Origin: Octopus sinensis
Lineage: Eukaryota
Length of the DNA: 64,000 bases
NCBI RefSeq assembly: GCF_006345805.1
Contig: NC_043021.1
Span: forward strand, 19,964,001 to 20,028,000
Reading direction: 5' to 3'
Shown here: positions 25,574 to 38,294 of the stretch, piece after piece
How the letters are laid out: each line of letters opens with the position of its first letter
Numbering within the stretch: position 1 is the first letter of the stretch
Notes under the pieces: generated by a model
What the model saw: the letters and a program-made list of their open reading frames with translations, nothing else
Databases searched by the model: none
Told to the model about the DNA's origin: nothing
Position numbers and translations under genes: made by a program

Positions 25574-26301
25574 GCAGTTTATCAAACAGAAACTTATAGA
25601 ATAAGTACCAAACTTAAAAGAAAGTGCTGAGGCTGTTGTTTTCAACGAAACCATTCATCAAGGCAGTTCCCCATTATGGCCGCAGTCCAATGATTGAAAA
25701 AAGCGAAAAAATAAAACGATAAAATAAAAGATACAGCTGAATCTTGTTTTATTGATTAGAAATAAAAAAAAGAATAATATAAAAAGAAAAAAAATCAATC
25801 AATCCCAGAAATTAGGCTTTCATTGACTTCCCCCATAGCTCCTTTCCCCCACCAACATGGAAAAAGAAAGCAATTCTCTATCTCATTGTTTTGATTCTGT
25901 CCAGTTTCAACTGTAGCACCGGTTCCACAGCATTTGTGTAATATCTAACTGTAAGGCTTATGTTAATTGCTTAATAATACTTTTCTAATTATCTATCTTA
26001 ATTAGCTCGGTTTAACAATTGTCTATGTTGACACTAACCACACACACACAAGTATAGTAACTGTTACAGCAATTCTTAGACAGTGGACGTTTAAATTGTC
26101 GCTCCTCCGCCACCTCTCTGGTGTCTTTAGGCGTCCATACTGTTGTAATTGTTTGAGAGAATTCTTTGGTGTGACGATAACTGCACAGGTACCTACGGCA
26201 ACCATGGTTTTATTATTTTGTTTTCTCTTTCCCACCGCCAAAAACCATGAATCCTCCTTGGCCTTCTCTGATTAAATCAAAAAATATACAAAGAATATAT
26301 A

Positions 26302-26471
26302 CAGGAGTGGCTGTGTGGTAAGTAGCTTGTTTACCAACCACATGGTTCCAGGTTCAGTCCCACTGCGTGGCACCTTGGGCAAGTGTCTTCTACTATAGCC
26401 TCGGGCTGACCAAAGCCTTGTGAGTGGATTTGGTAGACGGAAACTGAAAAGAAGCCCGTCGTATATATGTA

Positions 26472-26535
<64 letters not shown>

Positions 26536-26760
26536 CGTGTGTGTGTTTGTGTGTCTGTGTTTGTCCCCCTAGCATTGCTTGACAACCGATGCTGGTGTGT
26601 TTATGTCCCCGTTACTTAGCGGTTCGGCAAAAGAGACTGATAGAATAAGTACTGGGCTTACAAAAGAATAAGTCCCGGGGTTGAGTTGCTCGATTAAAGG
26701 CGGTGCTCCAGCATGGCCGCAGTCAAATGACTGAAACAAGTAAAGGAGTAAGAGTAAATG
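26302..26760 (+). mobile_element. Full-length family-A SINE
   Basis: Complete head, long (TA)n, tail. Confidence 0.88.
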
Positions 26761-26989
26761 CAAGCATGGCCTGCGTGGTAAGAAGTCTGCTTCTTAACCT
26801 CATGGTTTCGGGTTCAGGCCCAATGTGCAACACCTTGAGCAAATGACTTCTTCCACTATAGCCTTGGGTCAAACAATGTCTTATGAGGAATTTGGTACAA
26901 ACAAACAGCGTGGAAGCCCATCATGCATATGTGTCTGTGTGTATGTGTATGTATATATATATTTATATAAGTGAAAATCAAATCAAAAC

Positions 26990-27482
26990 AAATCAAAATA
27001 GATGAACATCAATGGAATTTGTATCTTTGTGGTACCAGTGCCGGTGGCACACAAGAAAATCATCCGAACGTGGCCGTAGCCAGTACCGCATAGACTGGCC
27101 TCCGTGCTTTGGGGACGTAACAAACACCATCCGATCGTGGCCGTCCGCCAGCCTCATCTGGCACCTGTGTCGGTGGCACATAAAAACACCATCCGAGCGT
27201 GGCCGTCTGCCAGCCTCGTCTGGCACCTGTGTCGGTGGCACATAAAAACACCATCCGAGCGTGGCCGTTCGCCAGCCTCGTCTGGCACCTGTGTCGGTGG
27301 CACATAAAATCACCCACTACACTCTCGGAGTGGTTGGCGTTAGGAAGGGCATCCAGCTGTAGAAACACTGCCAGATCTGACTGGCCTGGTGCAGCCTTCG
27401 GGCTCCCCAGACCCCAGTTGAACCGTCCAACCCATGCTAGCATGGAAAACGGACACTAAATGATGATGATGATGATGATGAT
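26990..27482 (+). mobile_element. Family-R RTE 3' UTR with three 62-bp internal units
   Basis: CACCATCCG recurs at 27125, 27187, 27249; (GAT)n tail. Confidence 0.78.
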
Positions 27483-29817
27483 AAACATATTTGGTAAATG
27501 GAAACTGAAAGAAACCCATCATGTGTGTATATATATAGATATATGTATGTATGCATTTGTGTGTGTGTGTTTTTGCATCTATGTTTGTCCCCGCAACACT
27601 GCTTGACAACCTATGCTGGTGTGTTTACGTCCTTGCAATTTAGCGGATCTGCAAAAGTGACCGGCAGAATAAGTACTAGGTTTACAAAGATAAAGTCCTG
27701 GGGTCAATTTCTTCAACTAAAAAACCCTTTAAGGCAGTTTTTCAGCATGACCACAGTCAAATGACTAAAACAAGTAAAAGAATAGTCGGCGGGTGGATGT
27801 CTTCGGGATCATTCGGCATGATGCCTGAGACATCAGCCCTTCACGCCACCTTGCTTTCTCTGTTCGTCTACGCGCCGCTGGGCCACCAGTGACAGGTCTG
27901 CGCTGGTCGCCCATAGCTCCGCCGCGCTACTGTGTCCGATATCGAAATAATGAACCTAAGCTCGCGGTATCGACCAAATATAAAATTTCAGCGGTGGTGC
28001 CCCAGCATGGCCGCGGCCTTCAGGCTAAAACATTTTTAAGGATTTAAGGATTTTATATTTATTCCTTATATGTGTGTGCGAAGTCATGTGGCTTAATGGT
28101 TAGGGTATTTGGCTCACGATTGTAGGGTCATGAATTGAATTCCCAGTGCTGCATTCTGCCCTTGAGCAAGACACTTTATTTCATGTTGCTCCACTCCACT
28201 CAGCTGGCAAAAATGAGTAGTGCCTGTATTTCAAGGGGTCAGCCATGTCACACTCTCATGTTGAATCTCCCTGAGAAGTAAGTGAATGGGTATGTGTGTC
28301 TCAGCCGCTTGTATGTTAATCTCATGAGCAAGCTGTTCAGTTGATCAGATCAACTAGAACCCCCATCATCCCAAGTGATGGAGAGCCAGTTTTTGTATAT
28401 ACACATGCATGTATATATCTTTGATGTTGGTTTGTTTATGTCCCTGTTAGGTTATCAGTTTGGCAAAAGAGACCAATAGAAAAAATACCAGACTTTAAAA
28501 AAAAAAAAGAAATACTGGGGTTGATTTGTTTGACTAAAATCTGAAAGGTGGTGCCCCAGCATGGCCACAATCCAATGACTGAAACCAGTAAAAGGTAAAA
28601 GATAGCCACAGTATATAACAGCCTAAAGTCTTATGCACATATACATGTATCATCTTATGAGAGAGAACTCTATAGGGCAGCTACCTCTGCTAGATACAGC
28701 AGCCAAATCTCCCTCAAATCAGTTTGATGACTGCACGTAGGAAAAAAAAAAAAAAACTGGAACGAGGTTAAACATAGATTAAAAAAAAAGAAAAGAAAAA
28801 GTATCCAGTACACTCTGAAGTGGTTGGCATTTGGAAAGGTTTTCAGCTGTGGAAAGCATACCGAAGCAGACATTGGAGCTGACACTAAAGCAGACACTTT
28901 ATTTGAGTTGAGCTGAGACTAAATTACATCAATAACAGCAACAACAATGCACACATAGAAGAGGTCACTCGACTTATATTCTCTAATTAACCACCGTGGA
29001 TAAATTCCAATTGCTGCTGTAAAGACAATTTGCACCACTCATGTCGGCCTCACTCACTGTCTCTATATATGGCCTTACACACACACACATATATATGCAG
29101 GAGTGGCTGTGTGGTAAGTAGCTTGTTTACCAACCACATGGTTCTGGGTTCAATCCCACTGCATGACGCCATGGGCAAGTGTCTTCTACTATAGCCTCGG
29201 GCCGACCAAAGCCTTGTGAGTGGATCCAGTCATGGAAAAGTGGATGGCAATGATTTTAAAATCAACTATTCTTAATGTCAACAACTGTTATATATATCTT
29301 TTTATTGCCCACAAGGGGATAAACATAGAGGGGATAAACAAGGACAGACAAAGGGATTAAGTCGATTATATCGACCCCAGTGCGTAACTGGTACTTAATT
29401 TGTCGACCCCGAAAGGATGAAAGGCAAAGTCAACCTCAGCAGAATTTGAACTCAAAACGTAAAGACAGACGAAATACCAATAAGCATTTTGCCCAGCATG
29501 CTAATGTTTCTGCCAGCTCGCCGCCTTAAAACTGTTATATATTGTGAAATGAAATGCCAAATTGTTTTTAGTTCAACAGCAGCTGATGAAGTGAACAATG
29601 ACTATCGAGATGTCCCACACAGTAATTTGTGATAGAGATTTTCTATTTTTTACATGTAATATATTTCAGGTCCATTCCTCCTGTTTAATTCATACGGGTA
29701 TAAAGTCATAGCCCCTGCTACCAATTAATTCTTTAGCATTCAGATTACTCTGTCAAACGTAATGCTAATTATTGATTTTAATTAATTATGCATTATGTTG
29801 CAGCTTTGAGATTTTGA

Positions 29818-30205
29818 TGTGGAGGCGCAATGGCCCAGTGGTTAGAGCAGCAGACTTGCAGTCGTAGGGTCACAGTTTCAATTTCCAGACCGGGCGTTGG
29901 GAGTGTTTATTTAGCGAAACCACTTAAAGCTCCACAAGGCCCTGGCAGTGGGGGGGGGGGGGGGGGGCAATGAACCCTGTTGTACTCTTTCACCACAACT
30001 TTCTCTCACTCTTTCTTCCTGTTTCTGTTGTACCTGTATTTCAAAGGGGCCAGTCTTGTCACACTGTGTCACGCTGAATCTCCCTGAGAACTACGTTAGG
30101 GGTACACGTGTCTGTGGAGTGCTCAACCCACTAGCACGTTAATTTCACAAGCAGGCTGTTCCATTGAGCGGATCAACTGGAACCCTCGTCGTCGTAACTG
30201 ACAGA
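29818..30205 (+). mobile_element. Family-C tRNA-derived SINE (octopus OR-like), inserted in a P1 MITE
   Basis: tRNA-like head GGAGGCGCAATGGCCCAGTGGTTAG...; shared 3' part GCTGAATCTCCCTGAGAACTACGTTA...GGAACCCTCGTCGTCGTAAC. Relatives at 28080-28390, 34566-34935 (-), 35043-35240. Confidence 0.78.
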
Positions 30206-30606
30206 GTACCACATGAGATTTTCACGATGTGATTGTTCATTTTTAGAATGACATTGTAGGGTAGGTGTGAGAGGCCAGATCTGAGCACTTTGAACATAAA
30301 ACAAGTAGAATATTTGGGCCAGGCATGGCTGCTTTAACCCCGTAGCATTCAAATTACTATCAAATGTAATGCTTATTTACTCACATTGCGTTGAATTAAT
30401 CCTACATCAAAATCTCAAAGCTACAATGTAATATGTGATTAAATCAAAACAACTTGAATATAAATGCATTATATCCGATAGAGGACACTGAATACTGAAA
30501 GGTTATATACTAGAAGGTTAAATTAAATATCCTGCACTGTAGGTAATTAAATATCTTAGATGACTTAAAATGACACTACAGAAAGAAAGTGAGAGAGAGA
30601 GAGAGC

Positions 30607-30731
30607 ATGTCATCATCATCATCATCATTGTTCGACCGTGGTCGAGACAATGAAATTTACCATGCTACGCCAGACTTCACGGTCCATCATGGCATTACGG
30701 AGGTCCTGTTGCTGGATGCCTGTATCCCTGG
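30607..30731 (-). mobile_element. Extreme 3' fragment of the RTE LINE seen at 8597-9178
   Basis: Near-identical to 8597-8722. Confidence 0.88.
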
Positions 30732-31957
30732 AGAGTGTGTGGGTTGTGTGTGTGTGTATTTACTATCCTTGTTTGATTGGGCTGTGAGTTTTGTTCTTGA
30801 ACAAGACACTTTATTTCACATCGCTCCAGTTCACTCAGCTGTAGAAATGAGTTGCAATGTCACTGGTGCCAAACTGTATCGGCCCCTTTACCTTTCCTTT
30901 GGATAACGTCTAATGCCACACATTAGCTCACCCCGCTCTCCATCAAATCAATGTTGTCTGTATTGTGGTACCACACGTCAGGCATTGAAGTGATTACAGA
31001 TCAACACGAGATGAAGTATTATGCTCAAGAACACAATGCCCCGCCAGGTCTAGGAATTGAAACCACGATCTTGTGATCACGAGTGCAACACCCTAACCAC
31101 TAAGTCATGCACCCTCATATGTGTCCCCCCCACCTACATCGCTTGATAACTGATGGTTGGTGTATTTACGTCCCCGTAACTTAGCGGTTCGACAAAAAGA
31201 GACCGATAGAATAAGTACTAGGCTTACAAAGAATAAGCTCTGGGGTCGATTTGCTCGACTAAAAGCAGTGCTCCAGTATGATCGCAGTCACATGACTGAA
31301 ACAAGTAAAAGACTAAAAGAATATACGCAGAGCACCATTCGAGTGTGATCGTTTGACAGAACGGCTAACTGGTTTCCCTGCCAGTGGCACATAAAAGGCA
31401 ACATTCGAGCGTGATTGTTACCAACATCGCCTTACTGGCACCTGTGCTGGTGGCATGTGTAAAAAGATTCAAGGGAGGTCATTGTCAGTACCGCCTGACT
31501 GGCCCCCTTGCCGGTGGCACGCGAAAAGCACCCACTACACTCTCAGAGTGGTTGGCGTTAGGAAGGGCATCCAGCTGTAGAAACTCTGCCAGATCAAGAT
31601 TGGAGCCTGGTGCAGCCATCTGGTTCGCCAGCCCTCAGTCAAAATCGTCCAACCCATGCTAGCATGGAAAGCGGGCGTTAAACGATGATGATGATTTGAA
31701 TTTTTCCTTTTTGGTTTTATATTTCATCTAGCCACCTTTATTTTATAAATATATAACACATATTTGCATATTATATTAACACAGACATTCCAATAAAGAA
31801 ATTGAAACTGTTGTTATTAACATTCCTTAGCACAAAGGACTGCACACACACACACACACACACACACATGTGGATAAAGATGGCTAACAGTTTTAAGTAA
31901 TAAACTTTTAACAACATCGGTTTAGGTTCAATCAAAACTGACGTGCCAAGCAGAGAT

Positions 31958-32530
31958 CATCATCATCATCATTATCGTTTAGCGTCCGCTTTTCATGCTA
32001 GCATCGGTTGGACGGTTCAACTGGCGTCTGGGAAGGATGCACCAGGCTCCAGTCTGATCTGGCAGTGTTTCTACAGCTGGATGCCCTTCCTAACACCAAC
32101 CACTCCGAGAGTGTAGTGGGTGCTTTTTACGTGCCTGGCAAACGGCCACGATCGGATGGTGCTTATGTGCCACCAGCATGGGGGCCAGTCGAGGCTGGTA
32201 ACGGCCACGAACGGATGCTGCTTATGTGCCACTGGCACGGGGGCCAGGCGAGGCTGGCAACGGCCACGAATGGATGGTGCTTTTTACATGCCACCAGCAC
32301 GAGGCCAGTTGGGGCGACGCTGGCAACGGCCACGTTCGGATGGTTCTCTTACGTGCCAACGGCACTGGTATCTCAGCTGCAATTTCCATTGATCGATTTC
32401 GATTCTGATTCTCACTTGCCTCAACAGTTTTGTGTCCCAAGAAGGGAAGGTATGCATAAGTGGACTGGCTACATCCCGTGTAGAAGGCCACGGGTTATGG
32501 TCTCACTTGTCCTGCCGGGTCTTCTCACGC
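31958..32530 (-). mobile_element. Family-R RTE LINE 3' end
   Basis: Homologous to 61830-62582 including upstream GAGAAGACCCGGCA; (GAT)n tail at the left. Confidence 0.75.
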
Positions 32531-33465
32531 ACAGCGATATTCATCAATATTCTTGTTTCTGAAGGCAGGGAGCTGGCAGATCTGTTAACTCAATGCTTGG
32601 AAGCATTTTGCCCCGTCTTCACATTCTGAGTTTGAAGTCTGGAAAGGTTGACATTGCTTTTCATCCTTTCAGGGTCAATAGAATAAGTACCAGTTGAACA
32701 CTGGGGTCAATGTAATTTGACTTACCCCCCCCCCCGAAATTGCTGGCCTCATAGCAAAATTTGAAACAGGCGTGGCTGTGTGGTAAGTAGCTTGCTTACG
32801 AACCACACGGTTCCGGGTTCAGTCCCACTGTGTGGCACCTTGGGTAAGTGCCTTCTACTATAGCCTCGGGCCGACCAAGGCCTTGTGAGTGGATTTGGTA
32901 GACGGAAGTTGAAAGAAGCCCGTCGTATATATGTATATATATATATATATGTGCGTGTTTGCCCCCATAACTTAGCGGTTCGGCAAAAAGAGACCGATAA
33001 AATAAGTACTAGGCTTACAAAGAATAAGTCCTGGGGTCGATTTGATCGACTAAAGGCGCTGCTCCAGCATGGCCACAGTCACATGACTGAAACAAGTAAA
33101 AGAGTAAAGAGTAATACTAACTAGAAGGTCCTGTGGAAATTCCACAGTGTAAGCCAGTATATTTGTAAACATTATGTTAACCTATTATAAACACGAGCAA
33201 AGAATTTCAAAAACTTCTTTTGAAATCTTGATAACAGTGTCACATCCAAAGTTATTTGCTAATTTTAATCTAAATATCAATGTATCTTTTAATGCATAAA
33301 TTTATAGATCTTTATGGCTGTGTTTCATTATGTTAAACATTTCAATAGTGTATGTGATTTGAACACACAAACGCAGAATAAGGCAGACTTACTCTCTCTC
33401 GTTTTCTATTTTCTCATTGATTCTTTAATTTCTATTTCTCCCTTAATTTTCCCTTTTTCTCCTTT

Positions 33466-33500
<35 letters not shown>

Positions 33501-33503
<3 letters not shown>

Positions 33504-33760
33504 CGGGAAGCTTTATGAAAATAAACAAAAGACGAAGGCAGGTGGAGTACAAACAAACAATTGTATTAGTATGGCGCTCGGGAATAGAAATAGAACAAGT
33601 CTTTTACGTTTCGAGCCTACATTCTTCAACAGAAAGATACACAGAAAAGAAACACGGAGAGAAACAAGGAGAGAAAAAAAATGTGTGCAGAAGCTAGCGA
33701 TTCAACATGGCGATTCTGGCCAGAAGTCAGAGACCAAATGTGAGACGCAAGAGCGAAAAT
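33501..33760 (-). mobile_element. (TA)n-flanked element with a Penelope-like / hammerhead-like terminal motif
   Basis: Minus strand CTTT-CTGTTGA-AGAATGTAGGCTC-GAAACGTA-AAAG at 33599-33638; (TA)n on both sides. Confidence 0.4.
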
Positions 33761-33879
33761 ATATATATATATATATATATCTTTTGCAATCCAGTTTATT
33801 ACCTCCCTCAGTGTAACACATGGACAAAACAGGCAGACGACAGCAGAATAATATTAAAGATTATATATTTGAGGAAGGT

Positions 33880-34460
33880 GAACTGGCAGAATTGCAGCAT
33901 GCTGGGAAAAATGCTCAGCAGTATTTTGTCTGTATTCTGAGTTCAAATTCCGCCGAGGTCGACTTTGCCTTTCATCCTTTCGAGGTCGTTAAATTAAAGT
34001 ACCAGTTATGCACTGGGGTCGATGTAATCGACTTAATCCGTTTGTCTGTCCTTGATTGTTCCCTCTGCGTTTAGCCCCTTGTGGGTAGTAAAAAAATTGG
34101 TACTTTGTCTGTCTTCACGTTCTGAGTTCAAATTCCGCTGAGGTCGACTTTGCCTTTCATCCTTTCGGGGTCGTTAAATTAAAGTACCAGTTATGCACTG
34201 GGGTCGATGTAATCAACAATCCGTTTGTCTGTCCTTGATTGTTCTCTCTGCGTTTAGCCCCTTGTGGGTAGTAAAAAAAATAGGTATTTTGTCTGTCTTT
34301 ACGTTCTGAGTTCAAATTCAACCAAGGCCAGCTTTGCCTTTAATTCTTTCAATCCTTTTGGAGCTGATAAAATACAGGTCAGCTGAGCATTGGGGTCAAT
34401 ATAATCAACTTAATCCTTCCCTGGAACTGCTGACCCTGTGGCAAAATTTGAAACCAATGT
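33880..34460 (+). mobile_element. Tandem multimer of family-B SINE units
   Basis: Head followed by repeated ~180-bp body+tail units. Confidence 0.8.
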
Positions 34461-34565
34461 TATGAATTATAAGGCAGTGGGCTGTCAGAATCTTTATCAC
34501 ACTGGACCAAATGCTTGGAGGCAATTCCTTTAGCTTTATATTCAGTATTCTGTGGAAGCACTCCG

Positions 34566-34935
34566 TCGGTTACAACGATGAGGGTTCCGGTTGATCCGAT
34601 CAACGGAACAGCCTGCTCGTGAAATTAAAGCGTAAGTAGCTGAGCACTCCACAGACACGTGTACCCTTAACGTAGTTCTCGGGGATATTCAGCGTGACAC
34701 AGAGAGTGACAAGGCCAGCCCTTTGAAATACAGGTACAACAGAAACAGGAAGTAAGAGTGAGAGAAAGTTGTGGTGAAAGAGTACAGCAGGGATCACCAC
34801 CATCCCTGCCGGAGCCTCGTGGAGCTTTAGGTGTTTTCGCTCAATAAACACTCACAATGCCCGGTCTGAGAATTGAAACTGCGGTCCTACGACCACGAGT
34901 CTGCTGCCCTAACCACTGGGCCATTGCACCTCCAT
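34566..34935 (-). mobile_element. Family-C SINE
   Basis: Reverse complement of the 29818-30205 family. Confidence 0.78.
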
Positions 34936-35904
34936 TCAGTGTTCTAATGTCATTGTGGTTAGGGTTAGGGTAAAATAAGCATAGTCGAGACCTGGAGTTG
35001 ATGTAATCGACTAACCCGCATCCCTAAAATTTCAGACCTTATAGTGGTTAGAGCAGCAGACTCACGGTCGAGGGATCGCGAGTTCGAATCTCAGACCGGG
35101 CAATGTGTGTGTTTATGAGCGAAACACCTAAGCTCCACGCGGCTCCGGCAGAAAGTAATTGCGAGCCTCTACTGACTCTTTCACCGCAACTCTCTCTCAC
35201 AAATGGTGGTGCCCTAGCATGGCCACAGCTCATGAGCTGAAACTAGACGAAATGAAATTAGACTGGCAGAATCATTAGCGTGTCAGACAAAATGCTTAGC
35301 ACTGCAGGGTGGTTGGTGTTATGAAGGGAATCCAACCATAAAAAAAAAACCATGTTAAAACAGACACAGAAGGCAGATGTTAAACGACAATGGTGATGAT
35401 GATGATCATCATCATCCAGCTTCATGTTCTGAGTTTAAATGTTGACGCAGTTGACTTTGCTTTTTCATCTTTCCAGGGTTGATGAAAAAAATTATCCGCT
35501 GAGCACCGGAGATTAATGTAATCAACTAGCCCCCCCCCATTTTTGGCCTTGTGTTTATCATAGAAAGAATATTAATTATAAAGCTGATGAAAATGTTGTT
35601 TACCACATCTACTTATAACCGTTCACACTGACTCAGATCTCTTAATCCTCACGTAATACACACACACACACAGATACTCGCTATAAAACACATTCCTAAT
35701 TAAAAGCATAAATCATTTTAAAGATGAGATATTAAAAGTTGATCTTAATACCTTAGATTCCTCGGCTGTGTTTTCTATCAACATACTTTGGATGCCATGC
35801 TCCTCACAACATCAAGCGTGTTATAGTTAACCTGATTAACTTCCACACAAACGGTGACCCGGTTTAATTTCCATTCCTCAATTATATCACTGTCACACAT
35901 ATAT

Positions 35905-36312
35905 TACTCTTTACTCTTTTACTTGTTTCAGTCATTTGACTGCGGCCATGCTGGAGCACCGCCTTGAGTCGATCAAATCGACCCCGGGACTTATTCTTTG
36001 TAAGCCCAGTACTTATTCTATCGGTCTCTTTTGCTGAACCGCTAAGTGACGGGGACGTAAACACACCAGCATCGGTTGTCAAGCAATGCTAGGGGGACAA
36101 ACACAGACACACAAACATATACATATATATATACATATATATATACATATATACGACAGGCTTCTTTCAGTTTCCGTCTACCAAATCCACTCACAAGGCA
36201 TTGGTTGGCCCGGGGCTATAGCAGAAGACACTTGCCCAAGATGCCACGCAGTGGGACTGAACCCGCAACCATGTGGTTGGTTAGCAAGCTACTTACCACA
36301 TAGCCACTCCTG
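35905..36312 (-). mobile_element. Family-A SINE
   Basis: Nearly complete head, body and tail. Confidence 0.85.
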
Positions 36313-37989
36313 ATGTGCATTATTGTGCATGCACAGAATGATTTCCTATTTCAGGTCTGCTCTGGCTGTCAAGAAGAGACTCGATAGGACTGAAACATGT
36401 CACAGTGTCAACCAAAGATCAGATTAACCCTTTAGTGTTCAGATCATTCTGTCAAACGTGATGTTTGTTTATATTGTTTTGAATTAATCATGTATTATCT
36501 TGTAGTTTAGAGATTGCAGTGATGTGATTTTTTTAGTTTTAGAATGACATGGTAGGGCTGAGGTGAGAGGCGAGATCTGGTCAGTTTCAATATAAAACAG
36601 GTTAAATATTTTGGCCGGATATGGCCAGTTTGAATGCTAAAGGGTCAATGCCCCTGCCCCCTCAGCACATGTCTATCACCTGCCTAGTGTTTGTAGTAGT
36701 TCCAATTTGACTAAGTTTCTATGCCTTGGGGAGATGGGGATATTTAACGAAGGGCTTAGTTCAAAAGGTTAATGTCTCTTCAGGCACAGAAACACAAGAC
36801 AGTGTGCCGGAGCATGGTCCTTACGGCTTTATTCCATTGTTTCTGGATTAGCCCTTGACAGCTTCTAAATTAATTTGGTTTATCAACCGATGTTGGATGA
36901 AAAGACAAAGTTAATCTAGATCGGTTTCAAAGTCAGAACATCATCATCATCATCATCGTTTAGCGTCCGCTTTCCATGCTGGCATGGGTTGGATGGTGCA
37001 ACTGGGGTCTGGGAAGCCAGGAGGCTGCACTAGGCTCAGTCTGATCTGGCAGTGTTTCTACAGCTGGATGCCCTTCCTAACGCCAACCACTCCATGAGTG
37101 TAGTGGGTGCTTTTTACGTGCCAGACGAGGCTGGCAAATGGCCATGATCGGATGGTGCTTTTTACGTGCCACCGGCACGGAGGTGAGGCGAGGCTGGCAA
37201 ACGGCCACGATCGGATGGTGCTTTTTAACCAAATATAGATGCAGGCATGGTTGTGTTGTAGGAAGCTTGCTTCCCAACCACATGGTTTTGGGTTCAGTCT
37301 CACCACGTGGCACCTTGGGCACATGTTTTCTATAACCTCTGGGCTGACCAAAGCCTTGAGAGTGAATTTGGTAGACAGAATCTGTAAGAAACCTTGTATG
37401 TGTGTGTGCGTGCGCACATATGTGTGTGCGTGTATATGTGTGTTTGTAGGTGAGTGTATTTGTCCTTCCCCCACTGCTTGACAACAGGTTTTAATTTAGC
37501 AGTTTGGCAAAAAGAAAGCAATGGAGTATGTAACTAATCTGAACAAAAAGATATAAGTGCTGGGGCACCGTTGAAGGGGCTGCCACAGCATGGCCGCAGT
37601 CCAATGACTGAGACAAGTAAAAACAAACATCTGGTAACGTTATTGATTCTGACTTCCACTGCACACACCTGCTTGTGTACAACGAACATAGATTCAGATT
37701 CAGAAAGAGAATTCCAAGAATATTTATCAGCCCACGTTGTAAATACAGTCGAGAGAGAAGCGACCGAAATTAGTTCAGGTGTGTAGAAAGGTCGACTGCT
37801 GTCATTGTTGTCGATGTATTATTAATAGAAGACAAAGTAGCAAAGCGAGCTGACCTTAAAAGACAGCCACAAACAGTACCTGCTTGTGTGTTTACTCCCT
37901 CCTCGTCCCGTCCCGCCCCACCCACCCACTGCTTGGCACCGCACCCAGCCAGCCAGCCAGCCAGCCAGCAGCAGCCCCGGCAGCAGTAA

Positions 37990-38083
37990 ATGTCAGACAA
38001 TGAGGTTGACCTTGACAACTGCCATGACACAACGAGAGAGGAGCGTAAGAGCAGCTGCTGCAGTGTGATGCCCTCTAATACAG
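37990..38083 (+). other. Candidate first coding exon of an unknown nested gene (MSDNEVDLDNCHDTTREERKSSCCSVMPSNT + 1 nt)
   Basis: Unique, non-repeat, GC/CpG-richer ~300-bp leader with (CCAG)n; ATG; CAG|GTAAAA donor. No homology recognised and no compatible downstream exon found. Confidence 0.3.
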
Positions 38084-38243
38084 GTAAAAACGAACGAAAC
38101 ATCAAACAAGTCACACACACACACACACACACAGGTACACATCCAGACATCACCTGTTATTATTTTCATCATCATCATCGACCGACCCATTTCCCTCCAT
38201 CACAGCGCACAACTCCATTCTTCAAATGACACGTTTGTGCTCG

Positions 38244-38292
<49 letters not shown>

Positions 38293-38294
<2 letters not shown>

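Noticed and set aside
29818-29895. tRNA genes at SINE heads (also 23650, 26302, 47950-48017)
   Set aside because: They retain A/B-box-like motifs but continue into SINE bodies; no complete cloverleaf or acceptor stem seen.
37867-38078. Minus-strand AG..GT-bounded segment as a PPP1R2 cassette exon
   Set aside because: In the required phase it hits a stop (..VNLIV*) and the acceptor is weak; no support beyond chance splice dinucleotides.
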